From IMG/VR virus record IMGVR_UViG_3300009551_000036, positions 1-36,348 of that record: a stretch of 36,348 nt of DNA. One strand, 5' to 3'. Below, piece after piece: positions 1-9,243 of this stretch. The notes under the pieces were generated by a model. The model was given only the letters and a program-made list of their open reading frames with translations, was not told where the DNA came from and did no database searches. This DNA comes from a virus. The number at the start of each line of letters is the position of its first letter. The first letter of the stretch is position 1. A program made the translations under genes and the position numbers.

Positions 1-123
1 TGTGTCCCGTTATAAATATTCGTTGCTGCTGCTGCTCCCACTAATATATATCCACTCGGGATTTTATTCAAAGTGTGTGGGAATCCTTGATTGGCATTGG
101 CTGCGTGAAATTGTGCTGAAACA
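1..123. repeat. Terminal direct repeat, left copy (identical to 36226..36348); most likely the assembly overlap of a circular or circularly permuted genome
   Basis: Read base by base: tgtgtcccgttataaatattcg...gtgctgaaaca occurs at both window ends (123/123). A minus-strand ORF is continuous across the implied junction. Confidence 0.9.
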
Positions 124-269
124 ATCTGAGTCTGGCAATTATCCGTCAAACTCACGTGGCCATTTAAGATGTTTTGAATCTGACCTAAGAGCTGAGACAA
201 GTAAGTATTGTAGCTTGGATCACTGGTCGTTAAATTATTCATCGTGACTGGAACTGTGATCTTAGCCAT
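1..269 (-). CDS. Small virion-module protein, 5' part of a 112-codon ORF that wraps the circular junction (continues at 36225 down to the stop at 36156)
   Basis: Hand translation. ATG at 269-267 shares one base with the TGA of the upstream 607-aa gene. It reads MAKITVPVTMNNLTTSDPSYNTYLSQLLGQIQNILNGHVSLTDNCQTQIVSAQFHAANANQGFPHTLNKIPSGYILVGAAAATNIYNGTQ, then through the junction ...ANTVNTIYLQSTVATSASVLVF*. Confidence 0.7.
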   Translation of the reverse strand, partial: MAKITVPVTMNNLTTSDPSYNTYLSQLLGQIQNILNGHVSLTDNCQTQIVSAQFHAANANQGFPHTLNKIPSGYILVGAAAATNIYNGT

Positions 270-2092
270 CAGGTACTCCTTTGGTATCTAGACTCAAAAG
301 TGTACCCATGGACTCTTAAGGGCAGGCTTGCTGAGGCATGTGTGAATTGAGAGGAAATCGATCTCGCTGAAATCCCGAAATCAAGCCTCGTTTGAAAAGA
401 TGATTGATAGATGGCCCCGGAAAAAGAAACGGTATTGGAACTGTAGTTATTATAGAGATTGACCCTGATGGCCTGCGTGATTCCCAAAACAGGATCCATA
501 TTCATCCAAAACCTGCGGTAGAGGCTTTCTGTGGTCTGTCCCATCTGAGAGTGCCAGAGGGTGAATGCCATACAAGTAATGGCGTTCCCATTATCTCCAA
601 AGAAGGATGAGCCCATGTAAGAGAGTGCTCCGGTGTACCCTCCGTAAAAGAGAGTGCGGGTGGGGTTGGTTCCTTGGCCGATAAAGAAATAAGAACTTTG
701 GATTCCGTCATACCTCGTCCAAGCGTTTGAGACATAGTCATACACCATGAGTAAGTTGTTAATCGTTGAGCCTTGGTAAGGGACATGAAACCAGACTTCA
801 TTAAATTGCTTAAAATGCGCTCCCACGGCATAGTCGAGTGCCGAAGGGACATTCATCTGAAGGAAAAAAGGCTCAGTCTTGGTTGAGATGATTTGGATAT
901 TGGCTCCATCAAATTCCACGATTCCTTTTTGATCGAGCATCCAAAGCTTGTTTTGAAAAGTAACCATCGCTTGATGACTGAGGCACCCATACTGATCCGT
1001 AATCATCTGGATGGTGAAATTACTAGGATCAGTCCCTGACATCAGAAAAAGGCTCTTTTGCTTAGCCACAATGAGATTGCCTTGGAAGATTTTCAGTCCT
1101 GTAATCCGGTCCCCGTCATTGCTGACAAAATCAGCGTAATAGGTGGGCTGCACCCCTTCAGGCTCCCCAATCTCACTCCAGTAAAGGCGGGAGGGCAAGG
1201 CTGAGAACCCTCCCATGAAAAGCTGGTTATTATAGACTTGCTGAAACCTTGGAGTCAGGGTGAACCAAAGGTGAGGCAGAGCTAAAGACGATCCTAAGGG
1301 GAATCCCGTATCAATGGCTTGAGTTCCATTCGAAACAACGTAGGTGGTTCCAAAGAAATTAGCCCCCCCACCGGTTGTTCTCCAAAGCTGAAGTGCGGTA
1401 ATGCCATAACCCGATTGATCGAGTGTCATCCCGTAATAGGTGATTGAGTTATTGGACACTCCATCAATGATGATCGTCACCCCGTTACTGAGAGGTCCCC
1501 CGTATCCCCGGTCATTCACGTAGCCATAAGCGCAGGTGAAAATCGTTGTCACTCCTGGAGTTAAGGATCCTCCAGCCGTCGCAGTCACTCCCCAATGAGC
1601 GGTTGCTCCAGGGGGTAGGGAATATTTCGTATTATTGGTTCCATCAAATTTAAAGAAATTCCCGCCATTGGCTGCAAAGAGGCGATCCAGATAAGTGACA
1701 AATGAAAAGATCGCGCCATTTTGTAAGCCAGTCACCACCGGAGTCACAGTCATCGGGGGAATGACCTGGTAGAAATTCGTATTGGCTGCAAAAAGAATCT
1801 GAGATTGCCCACTCGATTTAGCAAACTCTACTCCCCCTAAAATCGATCCGATCACCGTCACACCCGCATACATCGTACTTCCAGGGCGCTTGGTTAAATC
1901 TCCGGGATAGAGAAAATTGAAATTGGATAAATCTCGAAACTCAGTTGGGTTATTCACATAGGGCGAGGCCTTGGCATTAATCCCGCCAAACATATAAAAA
2001 TGCTCAGCCTTAAATTTGGGATAAGGCCCTGGCATCCCTTGGGGGGATTGCTGAAGCATCGGAGCCTGAGGGGTGAGAGGTTCCATTGGCAT
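269..2092 (-). CDS. Large tail structural protein (607 aa), possibly tail-tubular-B/nozzle-like
   Basis: Long ORF in the tail block, coupled to both neighbours by TAATG/ATGA overlaps. N-terminal FRDLSNFNF..GDLTKRPG recalls the G-L-x-K-R-P motif of T7 gp12-type proteins. This is recollection only. Confidence 0.4.
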   Translation of the reverse strand: MPMEPLTPQAPMLQQSPQGMPGPYPKFKAEHFYMFGGINAKASPYVNNPTEFRDLSNFNFLYPGDLTKRPGSTMYAGVTVIGSILGGVEFAKSSGQSQILFAANTNFYQVIPPMTVTPVVTGLQNGAIFSFVTYLDRLFAANGGNFFKFDGTNNTKYSLPPGATAHWGVTATAGGSLTPGVTTIFTCAYGYVNDRGYGGPLSNGVTIIIDGVSNNSITYYGMTLDQSGYGITALQLWRTTGGGANFFGTTYVVSNGTQAIDTGFPLGSSLALPHLWFTLTPRFQQVYNNQLFMGGFSALPSRLYWSEIGEPEGVQPTYYADFVSNDGDRITGLKIFQGNLIVAKQKSLFLMSGTDPSNFTIQMITDQYGCLSHQAMVTFQNKLWMLDQKGIVEFDGANIQIISTKTEPFFLQMNVPSALDYAVGAHFKQFNEVWFHVPYQGSTINNLLMVYDYVSNAWTRYDGIQSSYFFIGQGTNPTRTLFYGGYTGALSYMGSSFFGDNGNAITCMAFTLWHSQMGQTTESLYRRFWMNMDPVLGITQAIRVNLYNNYSSNTVSFSGAIYQSSFQTRLDFGISARSISSQFTHASASLPLRVHGYTFESRYQRST

Positions 2093-2754
2093 TAGAAATA
2101 TCCAAACATCTGAGTGAGATCATTGCCCGTCTGAGTGACCACACGCGGGGAATCCTCGTTTCGGTCCTGAGTCTCTTGCTTTAAGAGATTCTCATAATAA
2201 GCTTTCTTGAGCTGCATCGCGCTCTGATCACGTCCGTCTTTCATCAGGCCATCGATGGTGGCTAAAACGCCTAAGAGCTCATGATAAGGCCTGGGGATAT
2301 CAGGCTCATCCGTTAGATTGACCATGTCAGAGACTGCGTATGAGTAATAGAGTCTGAGAGGTAGCGCCGTATCAGGTGCCGGTAAAAGAGTGAGCCTATT
2401 TTTCTTAAAGAAATAAAACTGAGGGGTACCGACCTGGCTTGGCACTAAGTCCTGCTGATTAATGGTAATCGGGTCTAAACAGACGGTGTCTTCAAACGGA
2501 GGAACCCCGTTATTGATCATCTCAAGCCTGTGAAGAGTCATAAAATCACTGGGCAAGACGTAGTCATTTTGATTCACAACCAGGGTCGTCTGCACTCGGG
2601 TGACATAGAAATTGACGTGGGATTGAAGGAGAATTTTCTGAACCTCACGTTGCGCATTATTGAGCCAAAAGGTCAATTGCGTCGGCGTGAAGTAGGTCAT
2701 ATTGAGATCGTCTAACCAAAACGCGCATAGGTTCTGAAGATCGTTGAGCGTCAT
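2092..2754 (-). CDS. Head-tail adaptor / tail-tubular-A-like structural protein (220 aa)
   Basis: Sits immediately upstream of the nozzle-like gene. The pattern ..DYVLPSDF..GTPQFYFFKKNRLTLLPAPD..LRLYYSY..D.PDIPRPYHELL resembles widespread phage adaptor proteins (recollection). Confidence 0.4.
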   Translation of the reverse strand: MTLNDLQNLCAFWLDDLNMTYFTPTQLTFWLNNAQREVQKILLQSHVNFYVTRVQTTLVVNQNDYVLPSDFMTLHRLEMINNGVPPFEDTVCLDPITINQQDLVPSQVGTPQFYFFKKNRLTLLPAPDTALPLRLYYSYAVSDMVNLTDEPDIPRPYHELLGVLATIDGLMKDGRDQSAMQLKKAYYENLLKQETQDRNEDSPRVVTQTGNDLTQMFGYF

Positions 2755-2981
2755 CCCAGGCCTCCCATATCATCCGAACAGACCTCAGTTGTGATTACTG
2801 GAACCGAAGCAGGGACCCAGGTGGTTGTGATGGGAGCATCACTGGGTTGCCAAATCCCGTCACAGGGCCAAAGAAAGCCAAAGCTGACCAGTCCTAACCC
2901 TGCAATCGTGTTAAAGCCAATGAGCCCGTCTGTCTCAAGCGCCGTTCCAACAACAATCGTATCTGCTGGGGCTAGGGCCAT
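2751..2981 (-). CDS. Hypothetical small protein (76 aa)
   Basis: ORF in an operon series, with a 4-nt overlap onto the downstream gene. Confidence 0.4.
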   Translation of the reverse strand: MALAPADTIVVGTALETDGLIGFNTIAGLGLVSFGFLWPCDGIWQPSDAPITTTWVPASVPVITTEVCSDDMGGLG

Positions 2982-2987
2982 TGCTGA

Positions 2988-5213
2988 TCACGGCGAGACT
3001 GCTACCGCCTCCCTTTTCATGGATTCAAAATCAACGGGAATCTGTTCCATCTCAGTGAGCCAACTTTCGGCAACTTTCTCCCAAGAAAGCGACTGAGGCT
3101 TAAAGCTCTGAAACGCTTCCCGTTCCCATCGTTTTTCACGTAAAGCTTGAAGGGTCGCGTTTGTAAAATTGCGAAACTCATCGCTTGTGACGCAATCGTG
3201 ATTGAGAAGCGTTGCCATGCCTGACTTTTCGGCTAGAGCCAAGGTGTCCTTAAGTCCACCCAAACGTCGGGTCACTGGATAGACTCCTGAGGCAATCATT
3301 TCCATTGCCGTAATGCAGCTCGTTTCGATGAAATCGCAGGGATGAAGCCAAATGACGGCTTCTTTAAAATGCCTGATCAGCTCATTCTGCTCCGTTTTGC
3401 CGTGGTATTTGACCCAGGGTCTGGAAGCAAACATCCCTTTCAATTTGTCATGGAGCGCCTGATGCCCCCACTGAGGGAGATGTTCGATGCCGTAAAAGAC
3501 ATGGAGCTCAAGATCAGGGAATTCTTTCCTGACCTCATCACAGACCAAAATAGCTCGATCGAGTCCGCGATCAGGACTAGAGGGAAATACGATCTTATTT
3601 GGGTTTTTAGCGGGCTTAGGCCCCAGGAACCTGTCGGGGTGAATTCCGTTTCTTGAAATCCAGATTTTGTCATAAGGAACGAGTTGCATGTTATGCATGA
3701 AATCCGCGTGAAACGGAGTCAGACAAATCGCCTTCACATAATTGGAAGTCTCCTCAATGCCAGGGGTGATTAAATCATGGCACCAAGCATAAGTGGGAGC
3801 ATCGGTCAGTTTCACGTTGTGGCGCCAAGAGATATGCAGATAGGGCTTATATTGAGAGAAGTAATGCTGAATCTGAGCCACAGGTAAGTACTCCACCCCG
3901 CGGATCGTTTTAATGTCAGCTCTCGCATTGAAGACTTTGACTTTTCTGCCTGAGAGTTTGGCCAGGTGTTCTGCCATTTCAATACAAGCGGTCTCAGACC
4001 CCCCCATTCCTTGCTTTCGGTACTCTTCTCCATCCCAGACATAAGGAGAGGTCGGAGTGCCTGAGAAGACAATCTCGCGAGTGGGCTTGGCCGCTTTCCT
4101 TCCACACATCAATGTGCTCATCTTCGTCAATTCATCTAAGATCTGCTTGGTCTCAGGATGCTTGTATTCGCCATGACACCGAAAGGCCACTTCCTTAGCC
4201 TCATCGATTTTCCCGAGATTGGCATAGATCCTAGCCAGCTGATTTTTGGGATAAACGCCATACGCATCATCATGAAAGAAAATAGGAGAGACGACTTGAT
4301 TGCCCGCCGGCAAATAGCATTTGCATGCGGCTTGATAAAACGGAACGGCATTCAAAAACTGGTTCATTTTCAGATAACAATCGCCCACGGCCACATAAAG
4401 CTCAGCTCGCTGAGGTGCGAGTTGAATAGCAGTCAGTGCAATTGAAATGGCTTTGTCATACTGACCAAACTCCATGTAAGAGAGAGTCAAATACTGCATG
4501 GCCAAAATCCGGTCATGCATCTCCATTTCTTCTCCACTTGAGGTGACCTCTTCTAGCTTCCGGATCGCATCAAAGCGTTTGCCTGCTTCAAAGAGTTCTT
4601 TGCCCCAATAGTATTTCATCCGGGCATCCAGTTTCGATTGATTCTTCTCAAGGAGACTGAGATTTCTGCTTCGGTCTTTGGCAAGGTCCATCTCGGTTCT
4701 CATATGCCTCACTCGCCAAGAGGGAATGAAATTGACCTTGGTATCAGGACCAGGAACAATGCCTTCATGAACGAAGTATTTCCATTTCAGGTTCTTTGAT
4801 CGCTTCGTCACTCTTTCTCTGACAAAAGTACAAGCCGGAGTCCCATCAGGTTTTGAGGCGTAGACATAATTGGCTAACCAGAAATCAGCCAGATGCATGA
4901 TATCGTTTCGCCAAGATAGAAACTCGTCTCTGCCTTCTAAGATATCATCTCCGTCCATCCAGAAGATATAATCGGTCTTTAAAGGCTCATAGCTGACATT
5001 TCTGGCAGCTGCAAAATCATTGCACCAAGTGAACTCATAGACCTCAGCTCCGAGTTTAGCTGCGATTTCCTTGGTATCATCGGTTGATCCGGTATCGGTA
5101 ATACAAATTTGGTCAAAACATCCTTGAATCGATTCAAAAACGCGTGGCAGATTTTCAGCCTCGTTTTTGACAATCATAGCAAGTCCAAGAGTGGGTCTAA
5201 GGTGTTGAGTCAT
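2988..5213 (-). CDS. Three-part glycosyltransferase: N-terminal GT2-like domain, central TPR repeats, C-terminal GT4/GT1-like domain (741 aa)
   Basis: N-terminus LAMIVKNEAENLPRVFESI..ICITDTGSTDDT...WMDGDDIL gives GT-A nucleotide-binding and DxD-type motifs. The middle has repeated helical-hairpin motifs (YYWGKELFEAGKRFDAIRKL; GQYDKAISIALTAIQLAP; LYVAVGDCYLKMNQF; LARIYANLGKIDEAKE). The C-terminus has GMGGSETACIEMAEHL typical of GT-B enzymes. Confidence 0.7.
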   Translation of the reverse strand: MTQHLRPTLGLAMIVKNEAENLPRVFESIQGCFDQICITDTGSTDDTKEIAAKLGAEVYEFTWCNDFAAARNVSYEPLKTDYIFWMDGDDILEGRDEFLSWRNDIMHLADFWLANYVYASKPDGTPACTFVRERVTKRSKNLKWKYFVHEGIVPGPDTKVNFIPSWRVRHMRTEMDLAKDRSRNLSLLEKNQSKLDARMKYYWGKELFEAGKRFDAIRKLEEVTSSGEEMEMHDRILAMQYLTLSYMEFGQYDKAISIALTAIQLAPQRAELYVAVGDCYLKMNQFLNAVPFYQAACKCYLPAGNQVVSPIFFHDDAYGVYPKNQLARIYANLGKIDEAKEVAFRCHGEYKHPETKQILDELTKMSTLMCGRKAAKPTREIVFSGTPTSPYVWDGEEYRKQGMGGSETACIEMAEHLAKLSGRKVKVFNARADIKTIRGVEYLPVAQIQHYFSQYKPYLHISWRHNVKLTDAPTYAWCHDLITPGIEETSNYVKAICLTPFHADFMHNMQLVPYDKIWISRNGIHPDRFLGPKPAKNPNKIVFPSSPDRGLDRAILVCDEVRKEFPDLELHVFYGIEHLPQWGHQALHDKLKGMFASRPWVKYHGKTEQNELIRHFKEAVIWLHPCDFIETSCITAMEMIASGVYPVTRRLGGLKDTLALAEKSGMATLLNHDCVTSDEFRNFTNATLQALREKRWEREAFQSFKPQSLSWEKVAESWLTEMEQIPVDFESMKREAVAVSP

Positions 5214-5698
5214 GAGCTCCCTGTCCGAGTTGCACTGGTCGTGGTGTTAGTGAGAGATTTGGTCCTAAGCAATGTGCTCGAACCGCGATTAAAAATTTGC
5301 CAAATGCCTGAAGCTTTCGTAAAGATCTGGTCGCCTTCGAAGAATTCCTGAAGGCGTTTGACATATCCCCAAATTGAAGCTGGGTCAGTAGCTGTGGACC
5401 CAAACGAATCGGTTTGATATCCCAGCTGCTGATCGACAGCCTGAACTGGATCTAAAGTCCCTGAAATAAATCGATCGTTGGTCGATAAGCTATTGCCGCC
5501 GTCGGCTTTAAATAAAATCGCCTGAGTGGGCCCGTATTGAAATTGATAGTATCCTGAGCCCGCTGGGATTTCGGTAATGCCAGGTGCGGCTAAGGCAGTC
5601 GATCCTAGGGCATTGAAAATCACAAATGTCGGAAACAAGCCTGAGAAAGTGGCTGGATCTCCGGAACCAAATTTGAGGTAATAGACTTTTGTGGCCAT
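5210..5698 (-). CDS. Hypothetical structural-module protein (162 aa)
   Basis: ORF with an ATGA overlap onto the glycosyltransferase gene. It lies directly downstream of the fibre-like gene. Confidence 0.5.
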   Translation of the reverse strand: MATKVYYLKFGSGDPATFSGLFPTFVIFNALGSTALAAPGITEIPAGSGYYQFQYGPTQAILFKADGGNSLSTNDRFISGTLDPVQAVDQQLGYQTDSFGSTATDPASIWGYVKRLQEFFEGDQIFTKASGIWQIFNRGSSTLLRTKSLTNTTTSATRTGSS

Positions 5699-5703
5699 AA
5701 GAG

Positions 5704-8196
5704 TTACCCCGCAATTTCCGTAAGTGTGATTGAGGATGAAGCGCGTTGATGCCTTCCATCGGCTGTATCAGCGATGCTCTGATTGATCCAGGTTCCAGGA
5801 GAAAACCAACTTGCTGCTTGAAGTTTATAAGTTAAGGCAGAACTATCCCCGGGAGTATCCAGATAATTAAACACATTAGAAAGAGGTGGAGTATCGGTAT
5901 TCGCAGGAAGTGCAATGGCTGTAGAAACCAGATTCGTATTGCCCGCGCTATTTTGACCGAGGCCAATCGGCATCCCGTTTCGGCAAAGTCTCATGCCCGC
6001 TCCGCCCACATTACTTGAAACAGCCGATAAGGAGACTTGTACATAAATCTTACTCCGAATGGAACGGGGGCTGATATTGACGGCTGATCCTGGAATATCC
6101 CACCACACATTGGTTCCAATGGCCGTATTTCCACCTGTGACCGTCGTATTCCACCAATTTTGAACGACTTGGATGACCGATCCGGCTGGCATCTGATTGA
6201 TTTGAAGGGGGGGCTGAACCGGCGAGAAAGTCTGAATATTGCTCATCTCGCCTTGTGGCCTAAAAAAATCAATGGCTGAGATTAAAACGGTCCCTCCCTG
6301 GACCACAAGACTCACACTATGAAACGTGAGACTGGCATTGGAGCCTGCCGGCATGATCACGGTATTCATGCTCGTTGCCCCTAAATTTGCCCCGGAATCA
6401 ATCGCAAAGGTCAGGCTTCCCCCGGCTCCAATCGAGGATCCAGTGACGACAGCCATGCGATCGCCATAATATTGGAAATTGAGAGTACAAGTGGTTGTCG
6501 CCCCGAAATACCCAATGCCCCCTGGCATCGTCGCTCCAACGGCTCTCACCCACGGGCCTTTGAATAAAAGGGCATCTCCAAACACGCGTTGAAAGATTCC
6601 GGGTGGGATGAACGTGGCATTCGTATTGTGAGGGATAAACGCTTGCAGAGTATCGTAGGCCGCCAGAATCCCAAAGGTGGGGGAGAGATCATGAGCCCGA
6701 CGGTACATATTGATCTTAGTCAGTCCAACATTGATGTGAGAGGATCCAGGAAAGAAGGCGAAATTATTCCAGCCAGGTCCTGCATCCATGAAGACCGTCT
6801 TTTTCAAAACGCCTGTAAAGCCAATATTATTGTGACTAAAGACCGGTAGTCCGTTCACAATCATGGTGCCTGAAAGAACGGCAAAACTCATCCCAGCCCA
6901 CTCAATCTCAGCGGCACTGAAATAGCCTTCGCATTGAACGAATCCTGCGGCTGAGGTAAAGACCATGGCGTTGGAGTTATCGAGTAAGGTCACCCCTGCC
7001 ACGTTATTGCCCCACACACAGTATTTCTGATACCCATCGATAAAGGGCATGGTGGATAAATCACTGCCCAAATAGGTATAGGAGAGAATATTCAAACTGG
7101 CATTAATGGCTAAGGATTGCCCTGCTTTGAAATAGGTATAAATCGCAGAGGACACTCCAAAGGGCAATTGAGGATAAACGGTCAAAGCATCCGTTGAAAT
7201 CGACTGAATGACGCCAATATAGGGAGTAGCCCCGGAATTGGACGCCGTAATGATGCCTTGGCCCGCAGTGAATTTGGAACCATCCCCTGTCGTGACGTTC
7301 AGGATACTCGTTGAAATATTCCCTTGGGCAATACTATTGATCGTACTGACGCCTAGGGTTGAGGTCGAATAGCCTGCGGTAATCGTCTTATAGATGACCG
7401 ACCTGCCGCCGAGAGAGGTCCCAAAGGTCGGCAACGGAAGGGTCGCATTGACTGAGGTTTTAGCCTGAGTCTTATTGTTATAGGTCAGGCCTGGGAATTG
7501 ATCGATCGAAAGAGTGGAGTTTTCCGAATAGACAACGACTCCAGCAATCGTAAAAACCCCGCCGCCTTGATTGGCGGTTAACCTAAAATCATGGATATTG
7601 TAAGTCTCGTTAGCCCCGGCATGGACGCTTGCTGCATACATGGGGGTTGTTTGCGGATTTTGAGTCGTATTGATGGATGCAGGTCCCACTGACATGTTGG
7701 ACCAATCCACACTAGTCGAATTCGAAACCCCATCCACAAAGACGGTTCCTGTGGCATTGCCTGCTGCGGCCGTATTGCCAATCATCATAAACATGCAGCG
7801 CGCAAAGACTCCGCCTACTCCAAAACCATCGTTGGGAGTCCTGATTTGAATAAAAGTCTGAAGTCCTTGCCTAATGAGCTGAAAATTCCCATAGACATAG
7901 CCTTGAGCCGAAGGAAAAGGCTCATGCCAAACGATGTTATAGGTGGGTTCGCCATTGATCCAAAAGGCTTTGTTTTGAACCAAAACGAGGTCCTTAATCC
8001 AAAGAGTTTTAGGACCAAATCTTGGGAAATCATCATTCCCATAGAGATTATTCAGCGGGTTATTCGAGAAAGTAGAACTAAACCCTGAATTCGTTGAGGG
8101 AGTGTCAGTGACATCAGAAAACACATCCTGCGTGAAAGCGGCGCTTCCTGCAGAGGTCGAGTCACTGGAGAACATCGTAATGGAGTTCTGACTCAT
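5704..8196 (-). CDS. Tail fibre / tailspike-like protein (830 aa)
   Basis: Very long ORF rich in Gly/Ser/Thr/Asn/Ala, with a beta-strand-like periodicity. RBS AAAGGA lies upstream of the ATG. Position is in the tail block. Confidence 0.5.
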   Translation of the reverse strand: MSQNSITMFSSDSTSAGSAAFTQDVFSDVTDTPSTNSGFSSTFSNNPLNNLYGNDDFPRFGPKTLWIKDLVLVQNKAFWINGEPTYNIVWHEPFPSAQGYVYGNFQLIRQGLQTFIQIRTPNDGFGVGGVFARCMFMMIGNTAAAGNATGTVFVDGVSNSTSVDWSNMSVGPASINTTQNPQTTPMYAASVHAGANETYNIHDFRLTANQGGGVFTIAGVVVYSENSTLSIDQFPGLTYNNKTQAKTSVNATLPLPTFGTSLGGRSVIYKTITAGYSTSTLGVSTINSIAQGNISTSILNVTTGDGSKFTAGQGIITASNSGATPYIGVIQSISTDALTVYPQLPFGVSSAIYTYFKAGQSLAINASLNILSYTYLGSDLSTMPFIDGYQKYCVWGNNVAGVTLLDNSNAMVFTSAAGFVQCEGYFSAAEIEWAGMSFAVLSGTMIVNGLPVFSHNNIGFTGVLKKTVFMDAGPGWNNFAFFPGSSHINVGLTKINMYRRAHDLSPTFGILAAYDTLQAFIPHNTNATFIPPGIFQRVFGDALLFKGPWVRAVGATMPGGIGYFGATTTCTLNFQYYGDRMAVVTGSSIGAGGSLTFAIDSGANLGATSMNTVIMPAGSNASLTFHSVSLVVQGGTVLISAIDFFRPQGEMSNIQTFSPVQPPLQINQMPAGSVIQVVQNWWNTTVTGGNTAIGTNVWWDIPGSAVNISPRSIRSKIYVQVSLSAVSSNVGGAGMRLCRNGMPIGLGQNSAGNTNLVSTAIALPANTDTPPLSNVFNYLDTPGDSSALTYKLQAASWFSPGTWINQSIADTADGRHQRASSSITLTEIAG

Positions 8197-8234
8197 CGCT
8201 TAATCCTTTAAGCAAAGTGAAGGGGCGTGCCCCC

Positions 8235-8264
8235 CTTCTGGGAAAATGAAAAAAAACCCAGAAG
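8235..8264 (-). terminator. Hairpin between the head-accessory gene and the fibre gene (possible attenuator/terminator)
   Basis: cttctggg (8235-8242) pairs with cccagaag (8257-8264). On the minus strand the loop is T8CATTTT. A GGGG-cgtg-CCCC mini-hairpin lies at 8222-8233. Confidence 0.3.
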
Positions 8265-8310
8265 AGGGACACGAAGGCTCCCTTTTTCAACTCTATCGAC
8301 TGCTTCTAGC

Positions 8311-8781
8311 TTAGGTCGATACCCCTTGGTATGCAACAATGTCCTGGGTCTTTTTCACGACCAATTGAACAATGAGGTTTGTAATAGCGGTATTCGACGC
8401 TGCTGTCGTACAAATGACGACGTCATTCTGAAGCAGGTTCAAAAGTGTCGACCCCGCCGCAGGGAGTCCCGACAATCCTTGAACTCCACTGGTTCCAAAA
8501 GCAGTCAGAACCATGTTGGAAATGCCGATTGCATAGCTGGTGGAACCTGCAGCAAATCTCTGAAGTCCTAGAGAAATCTGCGGTGCTCCGGAAACGCCGA
8601 GCGCAAAGACTGCTCCGCTGAGAACCGTGCAAGGATAGGGAACCATCCCCATAAAGAGTGTGGTTCCTGTAGCGATGACGTTTCCGCCGTTGAGTGCCAA
8701 GCTTTGACCTGAAAACTGTGAGGTAAAGGTCAAAACCTCTTTTCTTTCCGAGTTATCTAAATCTCTACCCACGATAGCCAT
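8311..8781 (-). CDS. Hypothetical head-associated protein (156 aa from ATG 8781), possibly a decoration protein
   Basis: RBS AAGGAG lies 7 nt upstream of ATGGCTATCGTG. Ala/Gly/Thr/Ser-rich, two genes downstream of the capsid gene. Confidence 0.5.
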   Translation of the reverse strand: MAIVGRDLDNSERKEVLTFTSQFSGQSLALNGGNVIATGTTLFMGMVPYPCTVLSGAVFALGVSGAPQISLGLQRFAAGSTSYAIGISNMVLTAFGTSGVQGLSGLPAAGSTLLNLLQNDVVICTTAASNTAITNLIVQLVVKKTQDIVAYQGVST

Positions 8782-9232
8782 CGTGAATTCTCCTTCTTTC
8801 AATCCGATTTAATGATGAAGTGTTAATGTCATTGGTTGCCCTAGCAAAGTCCCGTCTCAGATCATAAGCTCGTGCACGCATTTCATTCCGAAATGCGCGT
8901 TGTTTATTGTCCCTTCGTCTTTGTCGGTCCTCACAGAAGCGATCATAATCACTGTCGTCTCGCCAGCCGTCGATCTTTTGCATTTGAGCCAAAATCGGCT
9001 CTATGCCCCAATCCACAGGCTTTCCTGTTTCAATCCAATTATCGGTGAGAGGGAGGACTAGTTGTTCCCAATCAAAACCAAACCAAAGAACGCAATCTCC
9101 AGGCATTCTGTAAAAATCATACCCTCTGCGTTTCCTTAAGATAGCTAAGGCGCCGTCCATGTAACGGCGGCTCACCAAATCAGAATCGTACCGTTTAAGA
9201 AGTCCGTTCATTTGTCTAAGCTTCTGATCCAA
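8765..9232 (-). CDS. Hypothetical protein (155 aa, TTG start) with an Arg-rich C-terminal half
   Basis: RBS TAAGGAG followed by 7 nt and TTG. Directly downstream of the capsid stop. Confidence 0.5.
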   Translation of the reverse strand: MDQKLRQMNGLLKRYDSDLVSRRYMDGALAILRKRRGYDFYRMPGDCVLWFGFDWEQLVLPLTDNWIETGKPVDWGIEPILAQMQKIDGWRDDSDYDRFCEDRQRRRDNKQRAFRNEMRARAYDLRRDFARATNDINTSSLNRIERRRIHDGYRG

Positions 9233-9243
9233 AACGAATCTCC

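Noticed and set aside
1-123. The 123-nt terminal repeat as a genuine T7-like direct terminal repeat
   Set aside because: An intact coupled ORF crosses the junction, so assembly overlap of a circular map is more parsimonious. This still needs read-terminus analysis.
2-247. 81-aa plus-strand ORF at the window start
   Set aside because: It is antisense to the junction-spanning gene, which has proper coupling to its neighbours. The plus ORF has no RBS and sits alone in a minus-strand operon.
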